Origin: an uncultured Verrucomicrobiae bacterium
GTDB lineage: Bacteria > Verrucomicrobiota > Verrucomicrobiia > Opitutales > Opitutaceae
DNA: 64,000 bases
Assembly: GCA_963800005.1 (NCBI GenBank)
Contig: CAWCZH010000006.1
Location: 1,690,226-1,754,225, forward strand
Direction of reading: 5' to 3'
Below the pieces are notes generated by a model. That model was not told where the DNA came from and ran no database searches. It saw only the letters and a list, made by a program, of their open reading frames with translations. Position numbers and translations under genes: made by a program. This document shows positions 49,969 to 60,833 of this stretch, piece by piece. How positions within the stretch are numbered: position 1 is the first letter of the stretch; every line of letters begins with the position of its first letter.

Positions 49969-51352
49969 CGTGAATCGCGCTCTTGCTCACGGCGAGACCG
50001 GCCTCCTTGACCGCCTCGCTCATGGTGGGATGCGCATGAATGGTGCGGCCGAGGTCCTCGGCGCTGCCGCCATACTCCATATGCGTAACGACCTCGCTGA
50101 TCAGCTCGCCCGCGCCGTGGCCGAGAATCTGCGCTCCGAGAATCCGGTCCGTCGTGGCGTCCGCGATGATTTTAACATAGCCGTCCATCGTGTCATTGGC
50201 GATGGCGCGGCCGTTGGCGGCGAAGTTGAACTTGCCGATTTTCACGGCGCGGCCGGCGGCCTTGGCGGCATCCTCGCCGAGGCCGACGCTGGCGACCTCC
50301 GGCTCGGTATATACAATGGCCGGAACGAGTTCCCAGTTCACGTGGCCCGCTTTGCCGACGATCCACTCCGCGACGGCGATGCCATCCTCTTCGGCTTTAT
50401 GCGCGAGCATCGGGCCCGCGACGACGTCACCGATGGCCCAGATTCCGGGTACGTTGGTGCGCAGGTGGTCGTCGACCTTGACGCGTTTCCGTTCGTCGAG
50501 CGCGACGCCGGCGCGGTCGAGTCCGAGACCGTCGTAGAAGCAGCGGCGGCCGACGGCGACGAGGACCTTCTCGGCGGGGAATTCGAGTTTCTGGCCCTCG
50601 CGCTCGGCGGTGAGTTTTCCGTTAGCGAAGCCGGTGACCTTGGCGCCCGTTTCGATTTTCAGGCCCTGCTTGACGAGCAGGCGCGTGAACGCGCGAACAA
50701 TGTCGTCATCATAGAGCGCTACGATCTTGGGGAGAAATTCCACGACGGTGACGTCGCTGCCGAGGCGCGACCAGACGGAGCCGAGTTCGAGGCCGATCGC
50801 GCCGCCGCCGACGACCACGAGTTTTTTGGGCACTTCGGAAAACGCGATGGCCTCGTCGCTGGAGACGATGGTGCGGCCGTCGAACTTCATAAAGGGCAGC
50901 TCGACGGGTACGGAGCCGGTGGCGATGACGATGTTCTTCGCGGTGGAGGTGATCGTTTCGGCGGCGGTCTTAATCTCGACCGTGTTGCTGCTGCTGAACG
51001 CGGCGGTGCCGCTATATACTGTGATCTGCCGGGCCTTCGCGAGTTGGGCGACGCCACCGACGAGCTTGGTGACGACGTCGTCCTTGCGTTTCAGGAGGGT
51101 GGGCAGGTCGACGGCAACGGATCCGATTTTGATCCCGTGGGCGGCCGCGTGTTTTTGGGCGAACAGCAGTTGTTCGCTCGAGTGCAGGAGGGCTTTGCTA
51201 GGGATGCAGCCGACGTTGAGGCACGTGCCACCGAGCGTGGCGCGTTTCTCGACGAGCGCGACCTTAAGCCCGAGTTGGGCGGCGCGAAACGCGCAGACAT
51301 AGCCGCCGGGGCCGGCGCCGATAACGATAAGGTCGAAGGTCGTGGTGGGCAT
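49961..51352 (-). CDS. lpdA: Dihydrolipoyl dehydrogenase (E3)
   Basis: FAD motif IVIGAGPGGY. The redox disulfide region GGTCLNVGCIPSK is present. 463 aa. Confidence 0.95.
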   Translation of the reverse strand: MPTTTFDLIVIGAGPGGYVCAFRAAQLGLKVALVEKRATLGGTCLNVGCIPSKALLHSSEQLLFAQKHAAAHGIKIGSVAVDLPTLLKRKDDVVTKLVGGVAQLAKARQITVYSGTAAFSSSNTVEIKTAAETITSTAKNIVIATGSVPVELPFMKFDGRTIVSSDEAIAFSEVPKKLVVVGGGAIGLELGSVWSRLGSDVTVVEFLPKIVALYDDDIVRAFTRLLVKQGLKIETGAKVTGFANGKLTAEREGQKLEFPAEKVLVAVGRRCFYDGLGLDRAGVALDERKRVKVDDHLRTNVPGIWAIGDVVAGPMLAHKAEEDGIAVAEWIVGKAGHVNWELVPAIVYTEPEVASVGLGEDAAKAAGRAVKIGKFNFAANGRAIANDTMDGYVKIIADATTDRILGAQILGHGAGELISEVVTHMEYGGSAEDLGRTIHAHPTMSEAVKEAGLAVSKSAIHAI

Positions 51353-51498
51353 GGGAAGGGAACCGGTCTATATACTATATAATATAACGCAGAGGGGCGG
51401 GAACGGCGCGGCTCGTGGGCATTGGCCGCGGGTGGGTCGGCGGCGCCAGCCCGGGACGAGCCCGGACCGGCGCCGCGCGTATCCAGAAAACGGATACG

Positions 51499-52737
51499 TC
51501 AGACGCCCAGGACGAGGCGGGTGGGATCCTCGATCGCCTGCTTGACCTTCACGAGGAAGGTTACGGCCTGTTTGCCGTCGACCAGGCGATGGTCGTAGCT
51601 GAGGGCGAGGTACATCATCGGGCGGATGACGACTTGGCCGTTCACGGCGACGGGGCGATCGTTGATGGAATGCATGCCGAGAATCGCGCTCTGCGGCGGA
51701 TTTATAATCGGGGTGGAGAGCAGCGAGCCGAACGTGCCGCCGTTGGTGATCGTGAACACGCCGCCTTCGAGATCGGCGAGGGTGATTTTGCCATCGCGCG
51801 CGCGGGTGGCGGCGTCGGCGATTTTTTTCTCAATCGCGGCCATCGGGAGCGCATCACAGTCGCGGATGACCGGGACCATCAGGCCCTTCTCGGTGGAGAC
51901 CGCCACGCCGAGATCAAAATAGTTATTTTCTATAATCGTATCACCATCGAGCTGGGCGTTCAGTGCGGGAACTTCCTTGAGCGCGTAAACGACCGCCTTC
52001 GCAAAGAACGACATGAAGCCGAGCTTGATGCCGTTCTTCTTCACAAACTCATCCTGGAATTTCGCCCGAAGGCCCATTACGCCCGACATATCGACCTCGT
52101 TGAAGGTCGTGAGCATGGCAGCTTCGTGTTGAGCGGACACTAACCTCTGGGCGATTTTCTGGCGCAGCGGCGACATCTTGCGACGTACCTGGCGAGCGCT
52201 GCTGGAGGCAGCCGGGGCCGGGGCGGCGGGTTTCGTGGTGGGGGCGGGTGCCGGGGTGGCTGCCTTGGCTTCCGTCGGCGCTGGCGCAGCGGCGGCCGCA
52301 GCGGGCGTGGCGGTGAGCATGTCACCTTTCGTGACGCGTCCGCCCTTGCCCGAGCCGGCCACCGTCGTGGGATCGATGCCGGTTTCGCCGGCGAGGCGGC
52401 GCACGGCTGGAGATTGCGCGTCGGCTTTGGCGCCGGCAGGAGCGGAGGGTGCGGTGGCGCCGGGTTCGGGCGTACCGGCGGGCGCAGACGCGAGGGCGGC
52501 GGCGTCCGAGTCGATTGTGGCGACAACCTCGCCGATTTTCACCTCGGCGCCAACGGCGGCTTTCAGAGTGATCTTGCCTGCGGCTTCGGCGGTGCCTTCC
52601 GAGGTGATCTTGTCGGTCTCGAGTTCAAACAGCGGCTGGTCCTTTTTGACGACATCGCCGTCCTTGACGTGCCATTTGGCGAGAACGCCGGAATTGATCG
52701 ATTCGCCCATCGGCGGAATTTTGACTTCGAGAGGCAT
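51499..52737 (-). CDS. sucB: Dihydrolipoamide succinyltransferase (E2 of 2-oxoglutarate dehydrogenase)
   Basis: Lipoyl domain (…ELETDKIT…), an Ala/Pro-rich linker, an E3-binding region, and a catalytic domain with the DHRxxDG motif ([10 protein letters not shown]). Confidence 0.9.
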   Translation of the reverse strand: MPLEVKIPPMGESINSGVLAKWHVKDGDVVKKDQPLFELETDKITSEGTAEAAGKITLKAAVGAEVKIGEVVATIDSDAAALASAPAGTPEPGATAPSAPAGAKADAQSPAVRRLAGETGIDPTTVAGSGKGGRVTKGDMLTATPAAAAAAPAPTEAKAATPAPAPTTKPAAPAPAASSSARQVRRKMSPLRQKIAQRLVSAQHEAAMLTTFNEVDMSGVMGLRAKFQDEFVKKNGIKLGFMSFFAKAVVYALKEVPALNAQLDGDTIIENNYFDLGVAVSTEKGLMVPVIRDCDALPMAAIEKKIADAATRARDGKITLADLEGGVFTITNGGTFGSLLSTPIINPPQSAILGMHSINDRPVAVNGQVVIRPMMYLALSYDHRLVDGKQAVTFLVKVKQAIEDPTRLVLGV

Positions 52738-52773
52738 GGCGCGGGGAGTTTGTATATAGAAAGGACGGCAGGA

Positions 52774-55524
52774 TCAGAGTGTAAACGCGGCTTGGAGAAA
52801 CGCGGCGAGTTCCATCCGGTGGAGGGAGAGGGCGCCGACGGCCGGCGAGGCAGCAGCGTCGCGGCCGGCGTAAACCGGTGCAAAGCCAAAAACCTCCGAG
52901 AGATGCGGGGCGATAAACGACCACGCTCCCATGTTCTGGGGTTCTTCCTGGCACCAGAGCACGCGGGCGCCTTTATATTGCGTGGCGAGTTCGCCCAGGC
53001 GCTGGCGGTGCAGCGGGTAGAGTTGCTCGATGCGGACGATCGCGGTGTCGGTGACCTTGTTTTTGTCCCGATATTCGCAGAGGTCGTAATATACTTTTCC
53101 GCTGCAGAAGATCAGGCGCTGCGTGCGGGCCGGGCGGGCCGCGTCATCGATAATCTCCTGGAAGCCGCCCGTGGTGAGTTCGTCCATGCGCGAGGTCGCC
53201 GCCGGATTGCGCAGCAGCGACTTGGGCGACATGACGAAGAGCGGTTTACGGAACGAGCGCTTCATCTGCCGTCGCAGCGCGTGGAAGAAGTTCGCCGGGG
53301 TCGTGATATTGGCGACCTGTATATTATCCTCGGCGCAGGACTGCAGATAACGCTCGAGGCGGGCCGACGAATGCTCGGGGCCCTGTCCTTCGTAGCCGTG
53401 CGGGAGCAGCAGCACGATGCCGCTGGTACGCTGCCATTTCGATTCGCCGCTGACAATGAACTGGTCGATGACGACTTGCGCGCCGTTCGCGAAGTCGCCG
53501 AACTGCGCCTCCCAGATGCAAAGCATCTGGGGATAATCGAGGGAGTAGCCGTAGTCGAAGCCGAGGACGGCCACTTCGGAGAGAAGCGAGTTATATACAC
53601 AGAACCGCGCCTGTTTCTCGTCGAGGTTGAGCAGCGGAACATATTTCGCGCGCGTGTCGGAATCATATAGCACCGCGTGGCGATGGCTGAAGGTGCCGCG
53701 CTCGGAATCCTGTCCGCTGAGGCGGACGGGCGTGCCCTCGATGAGGAGCGTGCCGTAGGCGAGGGCCTCGGCGAATCCCCAGTCGACCGGTCCACCCTCC
53801 TTGTGGGCTTGGACGCGCGCCTCGATGAAGCGCTTGATCTTCGGGTTGAGTTTGAAATCGGCGGGGATGCGGGTCAGGCCCGCGATGACGCGGTCGAGCA
53901 CCGCGGGCTCGACGCCGGTGGGCACCGGGGCGTGTTCATATATCGGCTGGAACTCGGCGGTCGAACCCTTGAACCGATCCTCCGGCCGCTCCTGCGCGCG
54001 CTTGGCAGATTTCTTCGCCTCGTTCTCCTTGGCGCGGGTGAGGTTGGCTTCGAGTGCGGCGAGATATTCCGCCTTGATCGCCTCGCCCTCGGCGGCGGTG
54101 AGCGTGTTTTCGCCGACGAATTTTTCGGTGAGAATCGCGGAGACCTGCGCGTGCGCGGCGATCTTTTTATATAGTGTCGGCTGGGTGAAAGCGGGCTCGT
54201 CGCTCTCGTTGTGCCCGTGCTTCCGATAGCAATACATATCGATTACTATATCGCGCTGGAATTTTTCGCGGAACTCGAGCGAGAGCTGCGCGACGAGGCA
54301 CACTGCCTCGGCGTCATCGCCATTCACATGAAACACCGGCGCCTCGATCATCTTCGCGACGTCCGTGCAGTAACGCGTCGAACGCGCATCCTTGGGATCG
54401 GTCGTGAAACCGATCTGATTGTTGATGACGAAATGGACGGTGCCACCCGTGCGATAGCCGGGGAGCTGCGAAAAATTCAGCGTCTCCGCGACCACGCCCT
54501 GGCCCGCGAACGCGGCGTCGCCATGCACGAGAAACGGCAGCACGCGACGGCGTTCGGTGTCGCCGCGGATCCGCTGGCGCGCCCGGGCTTTGCCCTCGAC
54601 GACGGGATTGACGATCTCGAGGTGGGACGGGTTCGCGGCGAGGCGGACCTCGACCTTTTTTCCTGAAGTGGTCTCGAGCGCGGCTTCGTACCCGAGATGA
54701 TATTTCACATCGCCGTCGCCGGCGACGGCATCGGGCACATAATTTTCGGAGAACTGCTCGAAGAGAAGTTCGAACGGTTTCCGCATGATCGACGTAAGTA
54801 CATTGAGCCGGCCGCGGTGGGCCATGCCGATGACGAGTTCCTCGACGCCGACGTCCGGGCTGTGCTGTATAATCGAGTCGAGCGCGGCGATAAACGTTTC
54901 ACCGCCCTCGAGGGAGAAACGTTTTTGTCCGACGTATTTTGTATGAAGAAATTTCTCGAAGAGCTCGGCTTTATGAACGCGTCGGAGGATGCGGATTTTT
55001 TGCTCCTTCGAAAAATTCGGCTGGTTGTCGGTGGATTCCATGCGGGACTGCAGCCAGTCGCGCGCATCGAGATCCTGCATGTGGAGGTACTCGACGCCAA
55101 TGTGGCCGCAGTAGGTGCGCTCGAGTGAAGATAATATATCCGAGAGCCGCATTTGGCCGCCGTTCTTGAAATGGCCGATGTCGAACGATTCCTGGAGGTC
55201 GGATTCTGACAGTCCGAAAGCCTCAGGCGCGAGCCGCGGGTTGCGCGGCGGCGCTTCGCCAAGTGGGTCGAGGTGAGCCTGAAGGTGACCATGGGCGCGG
55301 TAGGCGTTGATCAGGCGGTGGACCTGCGCCTGCTTTTGGCTATCGAGGATCGCGGGGCCGCTGCTGGCCACGGCGGCGACGGATACGCCGTTGTTGCCGA
55401 GGGTGAAGCCTTGGAAGAAGGCGCGCCAGGTGGGATCGACGGAGTCGGGATTGTCGAGCCACGAGCGATGCATGGCTTCGATCACATCCGAGTTGGCTCG
55501 GGTGGGCAGCGTGAGAGCGTTCAT
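52774..55524 (-). CDS. sucA: 2-oxoglutarate dehydrogenase E1 component
   Basis: 916 aa with ThDP-dependent E1o architecture and extensive conserved E1o blocks. It sits directly upstream of sucB and lpdA on the same strand. Confidence 0.95.
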   Translation of the reverse strand: MNALTLPTRANSDVIEAMHRSWLDNPDSVDPTWRAFFQGFTLGNNGVSVAAVASSGPAILDSQKQAQVHRLINAYRAHGHLQAHLDPLGEAPPRNPRLAPEAFGLSESDLQESFDIGHFKNGGQMRLSDILSSLERTYCGHIGVEYLHMQDLDARDWLQSRMESTDNQPNFSKEQKIRILRRVHKAELFEKFLHTKYVGQKRFSLEGGETFIAALDSIIQHSPDVGVEELVIGMAHRGRLNVLTSIMRKPFELLFEQFSENYVPDAVAGDGDVKYHLGYEAALETTSGKKVEVRLAANPSHLEIVNPVVEGKARARQRIRGDTERRRVLPFLVHGDAAFAGQGVVAETLNFSQLPGYRTGGTVHFVINNQIGFTTDPKDARSTRYCTDVAKMIEAPVFHVNGDDAEAVCLVAQLSLEFREKFQRDIVIDMYCYRKHGHNESDEPAFTQPTLYKKIAAHAQVSAILTEKFVGENTLTAAEGEAIKAEYLAALEANLTRAKENEAKKSAKRAQERPEDRFKGSTAEFQPIYEHAPVPTGVEPAVLDRVIAGLTRIPADFKLNPKIKRFIEARVQAHKEGGPVDWGFAEALAYGTLLIEGTPVRLSGQDSERGTFSHRHAVLYDSDTRAKYVPLLNLDEKQARFCVYNSLLSEVAVLGFDYGYSLDYPQMLCIWEAQFGDFANGAQVVIDQFIVSGESKWQRTSGIVLLLPHGYEGQGPEHSSARLERYLQSCAEDNIQVANITTPANFFHALRRQMKRSFRKPLFVMSPKSLLRNPAATSRMDELTTGGFQEIIDDAARPARTQRLIFCSGKVYYDLCEYRDKNKVTDTAIVRIEQLYPLHRQRLGELATQYKGARVLWCQEEPQNMGAWSFIAPHLSEVFGFAPVYAGRDAAASPAVGALSLHRMELAAFLQAAFTL

Positions 55525-55734
55525 AAATATTAACGGGGGAGAGGTCGATCCCGGGCCACGGCCAGGCTGGGTGGTTTTTTACCACGGAGTGGATTGGGCC
55601 GTGCGGGTTTCATGGGGAAGGGGTAAACTTCAGCACGTGAAGCGGGCTGAGACAAGTCTGCCGGGGGCCGTTTCGGGAGATTGCAATGCGGCTAAAGGTG
55701 GGTAACAGCCACATTAGCACGCTCACATTCTACC

Positions 55735-55989
55735 ATGGAAACTGCGATCAAGACTTCATTGACGGCGCTGTTAGCCGGTATCCGGAATTCGGACGGCGCG
55801 GTCATCGAGGCCGAAATGGGTCGGCTCGAAGGGTATTTAGCGGAAGGACGAAAGGAGTTGCACCCGCAGCTCGTCCACTTTTTGGAGCGGCGAAGTTATG
55901 CCAAAGCGTTGATGTTCCTCGGCGGAGAGCAGGATATACCCGTAGGAATTTGCGGTGGCCGGGCCGGGTCGGCGCCGCGGGCTTCTTGA
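55735..55989 (+). CDS. Hypothetical small protein (possibly co-transcribed with yciH)
   Basis: 84-aa ORF ending 4 bp before the SUI1 gene. No recognised family. Confidence 0.3.
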   Translation: METAIKTSLTALLAGIRNSDGAVIEAEMGRLEGYLAEGRKELHPQLVHFLERRSYAKALMFLGGEQDIPVGICGGRAGSAPRAS

Positions 55990-55992
55990 GTT

Positions 55993-56394
55993 ATGGCCGG
56001 AGAAAAGCTCCCAACCGAGGGCGGGCAGGAGTTGCGGCAAAACCCCTTCGCCCAACTCAGCGGGGCGGGATTGCCCGTGGGTAGCACGTCGGCGAGTCCC
56101 GTCGCGGGCGCACCGAAGCCGGGAACGTCGCGAGCGGTCCCGAACTCAAATCGCGGACGCGTAGATATAACGCGTGAAACGGGAGGCCGCGGGGGTAAGA
56201 CCGTGACGGTGGTCACTGGGTTCACCGGCATCGGACTGCCCGAGAAGGAGCAGCTCGCAAAAAAAATGCGGGCCGCCGCCGGGTGTGGTGGGACGGTCAA
56301 GGAAGGCCGCATCGAAATTCAAGGCGATCAACGCGAGATCGTCGCCGGAATTCTGCGCGAGGCCGGATTCCGGCCGGTGTTTGCAGGAGGCTGA
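55993..56394 (+). CDS. yciH: Translation initiation factor SUI1/YciH family
   Basis: C-terminal SUI1 fold blocks (…KTVTVVTGF…, …GCGGTVKEGRIEIQGDQRE…). Confidence 0.75.
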   Translation: MAGEKLPTEGGQELRQNPFAQLSGAGLPVGSTSASPVAGAPKPGTSRAVPNSNRGRVDITRETGGRGGKTVTVVTGFTGIGLPEKEQLAKKMRAAAGCGGTVKEGRIEIQGDQREIVAGILREAGFRPVFAGG

Positions 56395-56620
56395 GTGAAC
56401 GCTCCCGTGCTGGAGCGATATATACATTTATATACTTCCGGCAGTTGCCGGACGGCGCGTGCTCCAGCGGACGCCCGACCGGCAAGGAAACGCGCCGCTT
56501 GACGGCGCGCGAATCCCGTGTGGGCGGGTCGGACCGTGGCTTCAGCGCTATATCGCGTTGAATATATCGTATATACTGCGCGATTTATCCGCTGGCCACT
56601 GTCCGCGGTTTCGCGGCGGC

Positions 56621-57511
56621 TCAGGCGGCCAGGCCGGCGGCGAGGGTGAGCGCGGCTTTGGCGCGGTTCAGTATATAGAGATGGTAGCCGGGTGCGCCTT
56701 GGGCGAGGAGCTCGCGAATCTGCATCAACGCCCAGTCTAGTCCGATCGTTTCAACGACGTCCGTTACCTCGGCCGCTGCCTCGAGGCGTCGAATGAGTTT
56801 CGCGGGGAGCGTAGCGCCGCACATCGCGGTGAACCGCTGGATCTGCTTGAGCGAGAGCACAGGCATCAGGCCAGGCACGATCGGTACGGTGATGCCGGCG
56901 GAGCGGCAGCGATCCACGAACCGAAAGTATACATCGTTGGAGAAAAAAAGCTGGGTCGTGATGAAGCTGGCCCCGGCGTCGACCTTCCGTTTCAGGTTCG
57001 TGAGATCGTCGGAGGCGCTCGACGCTTCCGGATGTTTTTCCGGGTAGCCGCCGACGCCGAGGCATAGATCGGCGTGCTCCTGCTTTAACAACTGCACGAG
57101 ATCGCTGCCGTAGCGGAGGCCGTCCGGGTACGGCGTGAATGTCGTCTCACCCTTCGGCGGGTCGCCGCGCAGCGACATGATATTGCGAAAGCCGCCGGTA
57201 TATATCTGCGTCGCGATCGCGCTCAGTTCTGCCCGCGTGTGACCGACACACGTGAGGTGCGGCATCACAATCCACGCGAACTCGGTGCGGAGCATTTCGC
57301 AGACCTGCGCGGTGCGCTGGCGGGTCGAGCCGCCGGCCCCGTAGGTCACGGAAACGAAATCAGGGCGAATTTTCTGCAATGCCTCCGCGGTTGCCCGGAG
57401 TGACGCCACGCCGGTGTCGTCCTTGGGTGGAAAAAATTCGAGTGAGCGAACGAGAGCCTGAGTTCGGAAAAGATCCGAGATCGGGCGATCAGGCGCGGGA
57501 GACGGCGACAT
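56621..57511 (-). CDS. metF: 5,10-methylenetetrahydrofolate reductase
   Basis: …LEFFPPK… and …VSVTYGAGGSTR… FAD/folate-binding blocks. About 296 aa from MSPSPAP. Confidence 0.85.
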   Translation of the reverse strand: MSPSPAPDRPISDLFRTQALVRSLEFFPPKDDTGVASLRATAEALQKIRPDFVSVTYGAGGSTRQRTAQVCEMLRTEFAWIVMPHLTCVGHTRAELSAIATQIYTGGFRNIMSLRGDPPKGETTFTPYPDGLRYGSDLVQLLKQEHADLCLGVGGYPEKHPEASSASDDLTNLKRKVDAGASFITTQLFFSNDVYFRFVDRCRSAGITVPIVPGLMPVLSLKQIQRFTAMCGATLPAKLIRRLEAAAEVTDVVETIGLDWALMQIRELLAQGAPGYHLYILNRAKAALTLAAGLAA

Positions 57512-57678
57512 ACATATCAACGCATAGGGAATTGTTGATATGTGCAAGCGCGGATAATTTGAGGCGCCCGCACGGGATCATATCCGGGAAAGTATATAGT
57601 TCAGCTTCACTCCCCGTTTTTGCGTTTCAACGCTTAGCAAATGTCGCCGTGCGTGGCCACACCCGCCCGTCGGTTGGC

Positions 57679-58896
57679 TTATTTCGTCGAAGGGGTCGCG
57701 CCCGCGGGGGCAGCTTCGGACGGGGCAGGCTTCGCGGCGCTGGCGGCCGGAGTTGTGCCGGGCGCCGATGTGGGAGCGGGAAGGGGCTCAAAGAGATCTT
57801 CGGATTTCTGCGGTAACGCCGTGAACGTATATTCAGGAATCTGATACGCCCGTTTCGTCATGATCTGGTTGATCGGAGCCGCTTGGTCGCTCGAGTGGAT
57901 TGAAACGAAAACCGGGCCCGCCGGAACGGTCTCGAATTCCGGCGTGAGAGGATTTACGGTCGGTGCGCCGGGCGGCTTTTCCGCTTCGGCTTTCGAGGAG
58001 CTCTCGGCGATTGTCGCGCTCGAGCCGAGCGCGGCGGGACCTGAAGTCCCGGGTGCAGGCGGCTTCAACTTTTTCTCTTCGGGACGGCGCCCCAGCGAGA
58101 CTATATAACTTTTGTTGTCAAAGGTCCCGAGCGTGAATGTCCGTTCCGCGCTTTTCGCCGCGACGGCGTCGGGCGCTGCGGGGTCGGTCGCCTCGGAAAA
58201 GCGCAGGCCACCCAACGATGTGAGCAGGGTGTTCACTTTGTCGCTGGCGAGGCGCTGGCCGGCAGGGACCGGCGTAGCGGTCCAAGGGGCATCTTTGCTG
58301 GCCCGCGAAACCGTCACGTTACCGCCCGGTAGCGGTATCACGATTTTGGATACATCGTCGGGCTTGAGATTGAGGAGCTGGGTGTCGGCCCAGTTTTTCG
58401 GGTCGGGATCGAGAAATATATTAAGCGCGGCGAGATACGCCTTGGTTTCATTCCCGTAGCGAATAAACCGGCCGCCGGTTTCCGGCGATTTCCCGAGGGC
58501 GACGGACCAAAGGGGTTTATTGGCGGAGTCGCGCAGCTCGATGGAGCTGCCCTTGAATTCCAGGCGGGCGAGGCGCTCGGGATTGCTGGTCACGACGCGC
58601 GTGATTTTGGCCTCGCTCAAATCGCCGGTGAGGCGGGCGAGTTTTTGAAAATCCGCGGGCAAGTCGAAGAAGTTGGTCACCTGCCATGCGCCTGACGGGT
58701 TGCGCGTGAGCTCGACGGATTTACCGTCGTCATTTAATATAACTTTCGCGGCCGGACCGATGAGTGAGGCGTCGAGCACCGGGTGCCCAACGCGCGCGTC
58801 AGCGGCAGCCGGCGCGCTCGGGCGCCGAGCGATATATACAACGACCGACAGCGCCAGGAGAACGGCGACGGTGACGACAAGGGTCTTCAGTTTCAT
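57679..58896 (-). CDS. DUF4340-domain protein (partner of GldG-type ABC exporter)
   Basis: N-terminal TM anchor from MKLKTLVV, a periplasmic domain, and a Pro/Ala/Ser-rich C-terminal tail. Its start overlaps the end of the gldG-like gene by 4 bp. Confidence 0.7.
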   Translation of the reverse strand: MKLKTLVVTVAVLLALSVVVYIARRPSAPAAADARVGHPVLDASLIGPAAKVILNDDGKSVELTRNPSGAWQVTNFFDLPADFQKLARLTGDLSEAKITRVVTSNPERLARLEFKGSSIELRDSANKPLWSVALGKSPETGGRFIRYGNETKAYLAALNIFLDPDPKNWADTQLLNLKPDDVSKIVIPLPGGNVTVSRASKDAPWTATPVPAGQRLASDKVNTLLTSLGGLRFSEATDPAAPDAVAAKSAERTFTLGTFDNKSYIVSLGRRPEEKKLKPPAPGTSGPAALGSSATIAESSSKAEAEKPPGAPTVNPLTPEFETVPAGPVFVSIHSSDQAAPINQIMTKRAYQIPEYTFTALPQKSEDLFEPLPAPTSAPGTTPAASAAKPAPSEAAPAGATPSTK

Positions 58897-60821
58897 GACG
58901 CGGCGGAAGCGGCGGCCGGGGTGCGGTCCTGCCGGCGCGCCCGGAAGAACCACCAGGCGAACAAGAGGACGAGCAGCGGTGAGGTGACGAGATTGATCAG
59001 CAGCAGTCGGTTCTCGAGGGCGTCGATGCCCTCGCGCAGCGATCGGCGGATCGCGCGGCGCTCGCTGCGGATCTGGGCGGATTGCTTTTGGAAGTCCTCG
59101 ATGGCCTTCGTCATCTCCGGGGTTGCGACGAGGCGGTTGCCCTCGGTTCGCTTGCCTTGGAGTTCGCTGAGCTTCGCCTGGACACTTTGAAGTTCGGTTT
59201 CGAGCGTCGCCAGTTTCTGTTCATAGCGCTCGCTCGCTGAAGCCTCCATTTTTCGCACGACCGTGAATTCTCTCTGCGACGAACCCTTGCCGCGGATCGA
59301 AATCAGGTCCTGCGAGCCGGCCAGGAAATCCAGAGAGTTGGACGCGAAGGCCAGATTGTCGTTGATCGGCTCGGCTGCGCTTTGGCCGAGAAAATTATAT
59401 TTCCGCACACTATAATCATCAAAGAGCCAATCCGTGTCGGCGACGATCAGGAGGGTCGACGTTCCACTCGACTCATGCAACGAGGGCGACGCAGCGGGCT
59501 TTGGCGCGGGCGTCGGCGTCGGAGATTTCGCATCGGCGTCCGCAGGTTTCTCGTCGGCTGGGACGCCGCCCGGGAAAGAGCTCGGGAATTTTCCGGTGAT
59601 CAGCGCGGCGACGGTGTGCTTGCCCGAGGGGGTGATTTGGCGCGTGACTTCATCAGGTTGGGCGAACTGGAGGGCGGACGATAATATATCGCCCGAGCGC
59701 GCGGAGGATTCGATCAGTGGCGTGAACACCTGTTTGCTGCCCGGCTTGAGCGCGAGACTGCCGGCTTCGATGAAGACAGCGCTCGAAAGCTGTGCGGTCG
59801 GCAGCGCCTTCGGGTTGAACGCATCCTGCGCGAACTTGATCCAAATCGGATAACGCGCGGGGCCGGCTTGCGTCGACACTTGCGCCGCGTTGTCGAGGTC
59901 GCCGAGAACTTTCGAGGAATCATATAGGATTCCCCAGCCGTGAAGCAGGGCTGGCAGGTCGCTGCTGACGTTCGGCTGTGGCCCGCCGAACATGGCCTGC
60001 TGGCCGCCTTGGCGCTTAAAGTATTGGGAGGAGGGATCGACGCAAAGGAACACGGGCTTGCCGCCGAGGAGAAATTGATCGATCGCATACTGCAGTTTCG
60101 GCGAGAGATTTTCCGGATGGACGATCGCCAGTACACTCAGATTGGGCGGCAGTTCGGTGGCGGAGGCTTCGACGGGGACGATTTCATATGTCTGGGCCCA
60201 TTCCTCCGCGACGAACTGTCCTGGCTGCGACTGGCGTGCCATGGGCATCATGGGATTTTCCGGTGGGCCGCCCTGCAGTGGCAGGCTCGTGATCAGGCCC
60301 AGCTTCGGCTTCGTCAACTCCTGCACTGTATATAGCAGTTTCGACAAATCATATTCGAGGAACGGCTCGCGTTGCGGGGTGAACGCGTCGACGACCTTCT
60401 GCTGGTCGGCTTGGACGGCGACGAGGCCGAAGTAAAATGGATCGGCGCCGGAGGTGATCGACTGGCCGGTCAGGCCGGCGGCAGTCGCACGCTCCTCTTC
60501 GGGCGTGTCGGGCTGCGGATTCGTGACCGTCAGCGTGATCTTCCCGTGCGCGGCGCGCACATATTGTCGCAGCATTTCCTGCACGCGGGCGGCGTAATTC
60601 TTATAGGTAATCGGCAGGCTCGGGGCGTCCTTCGAGAAAAAGAGTTCGAGCGCGATCGGCTCCTCGATCTTCGAGAGCATCGCCTTGGTGCCGGGCGAGA
60701 GGGAGTATATAGAGTCCGCCGAGAGGTCGAGCCGCGCGGGGATCGCCGACGCGAGATAGTTGATCAGTACGAGTCCCACCAGCAGCAGGACAATGGCGAG
60801 AAATTTGCTTCCGGGTTTCAT
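58893..60821 (-). CDS. GldG-like ABC-2 transporter auxiliary component
   Basis: 642 aa with an N-terminal TM, a large periplasmic domain, and a C-terminal TM (…LLINLVTSPLLVLLFAWWFF…). The architecture matches the 'ABC-type uncharacterized transport system' family. Confidence 0.8.
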   Translation of the reverse strand: MKPGSKFLAIVLLLVGLVLINYLASAIPARLDLSADSIYSLSPGTKAMLSKIEEPIALELFFSKDAPSLPITYKNYAARVQEMLRQYVRAAHGKITLTVTNPQPDTPEEERATAAGLTGQSITSGADPFYFGLVAVQADQQKVVDAFTPQREPFLEYDLSKLLYTVQELTKPKLGLITSLPLQGGPPENPMMPMARQSQPGQFVAEEWAQTYEIVPVEASATELPPNLSVLAIVHPENLSPKLQYAIDQFLLGGKPVFLCVDPSSQYFKRQGGQQAMFGGPQPNVSSDLPALLHGWGILYDSSKVLGDLDNAAQVSTQAGPARYPIWIKFAQDAFNPKALPTAQLSSAVFIEAGSLALKPGSKQVFTPLIESSARSGDILSSALQFAQPDEVTRQITPSGKHTVAALITGKFPSSFPGGVPADEKPADADAKSPTPTPAPKPAASPSLHESSGTSTLLIVADTDWLFDDYSVRKYNFLGQSAAEPINDNLAFASNSLDFLAGSQDLISIRGKGSSQREFTVVRKMEASASERYEQKLATLETELQSVQAKLSELQGKRTEGNRLVATPEMTKAIEDFQKQSAQIRSERRAIRRSLREGIDALENRLLLINLVTSPLLVLLFAWWFFRARRQDRTPAAASAAS

Positions 60822-60833
60822 GGGGGCTCGGCG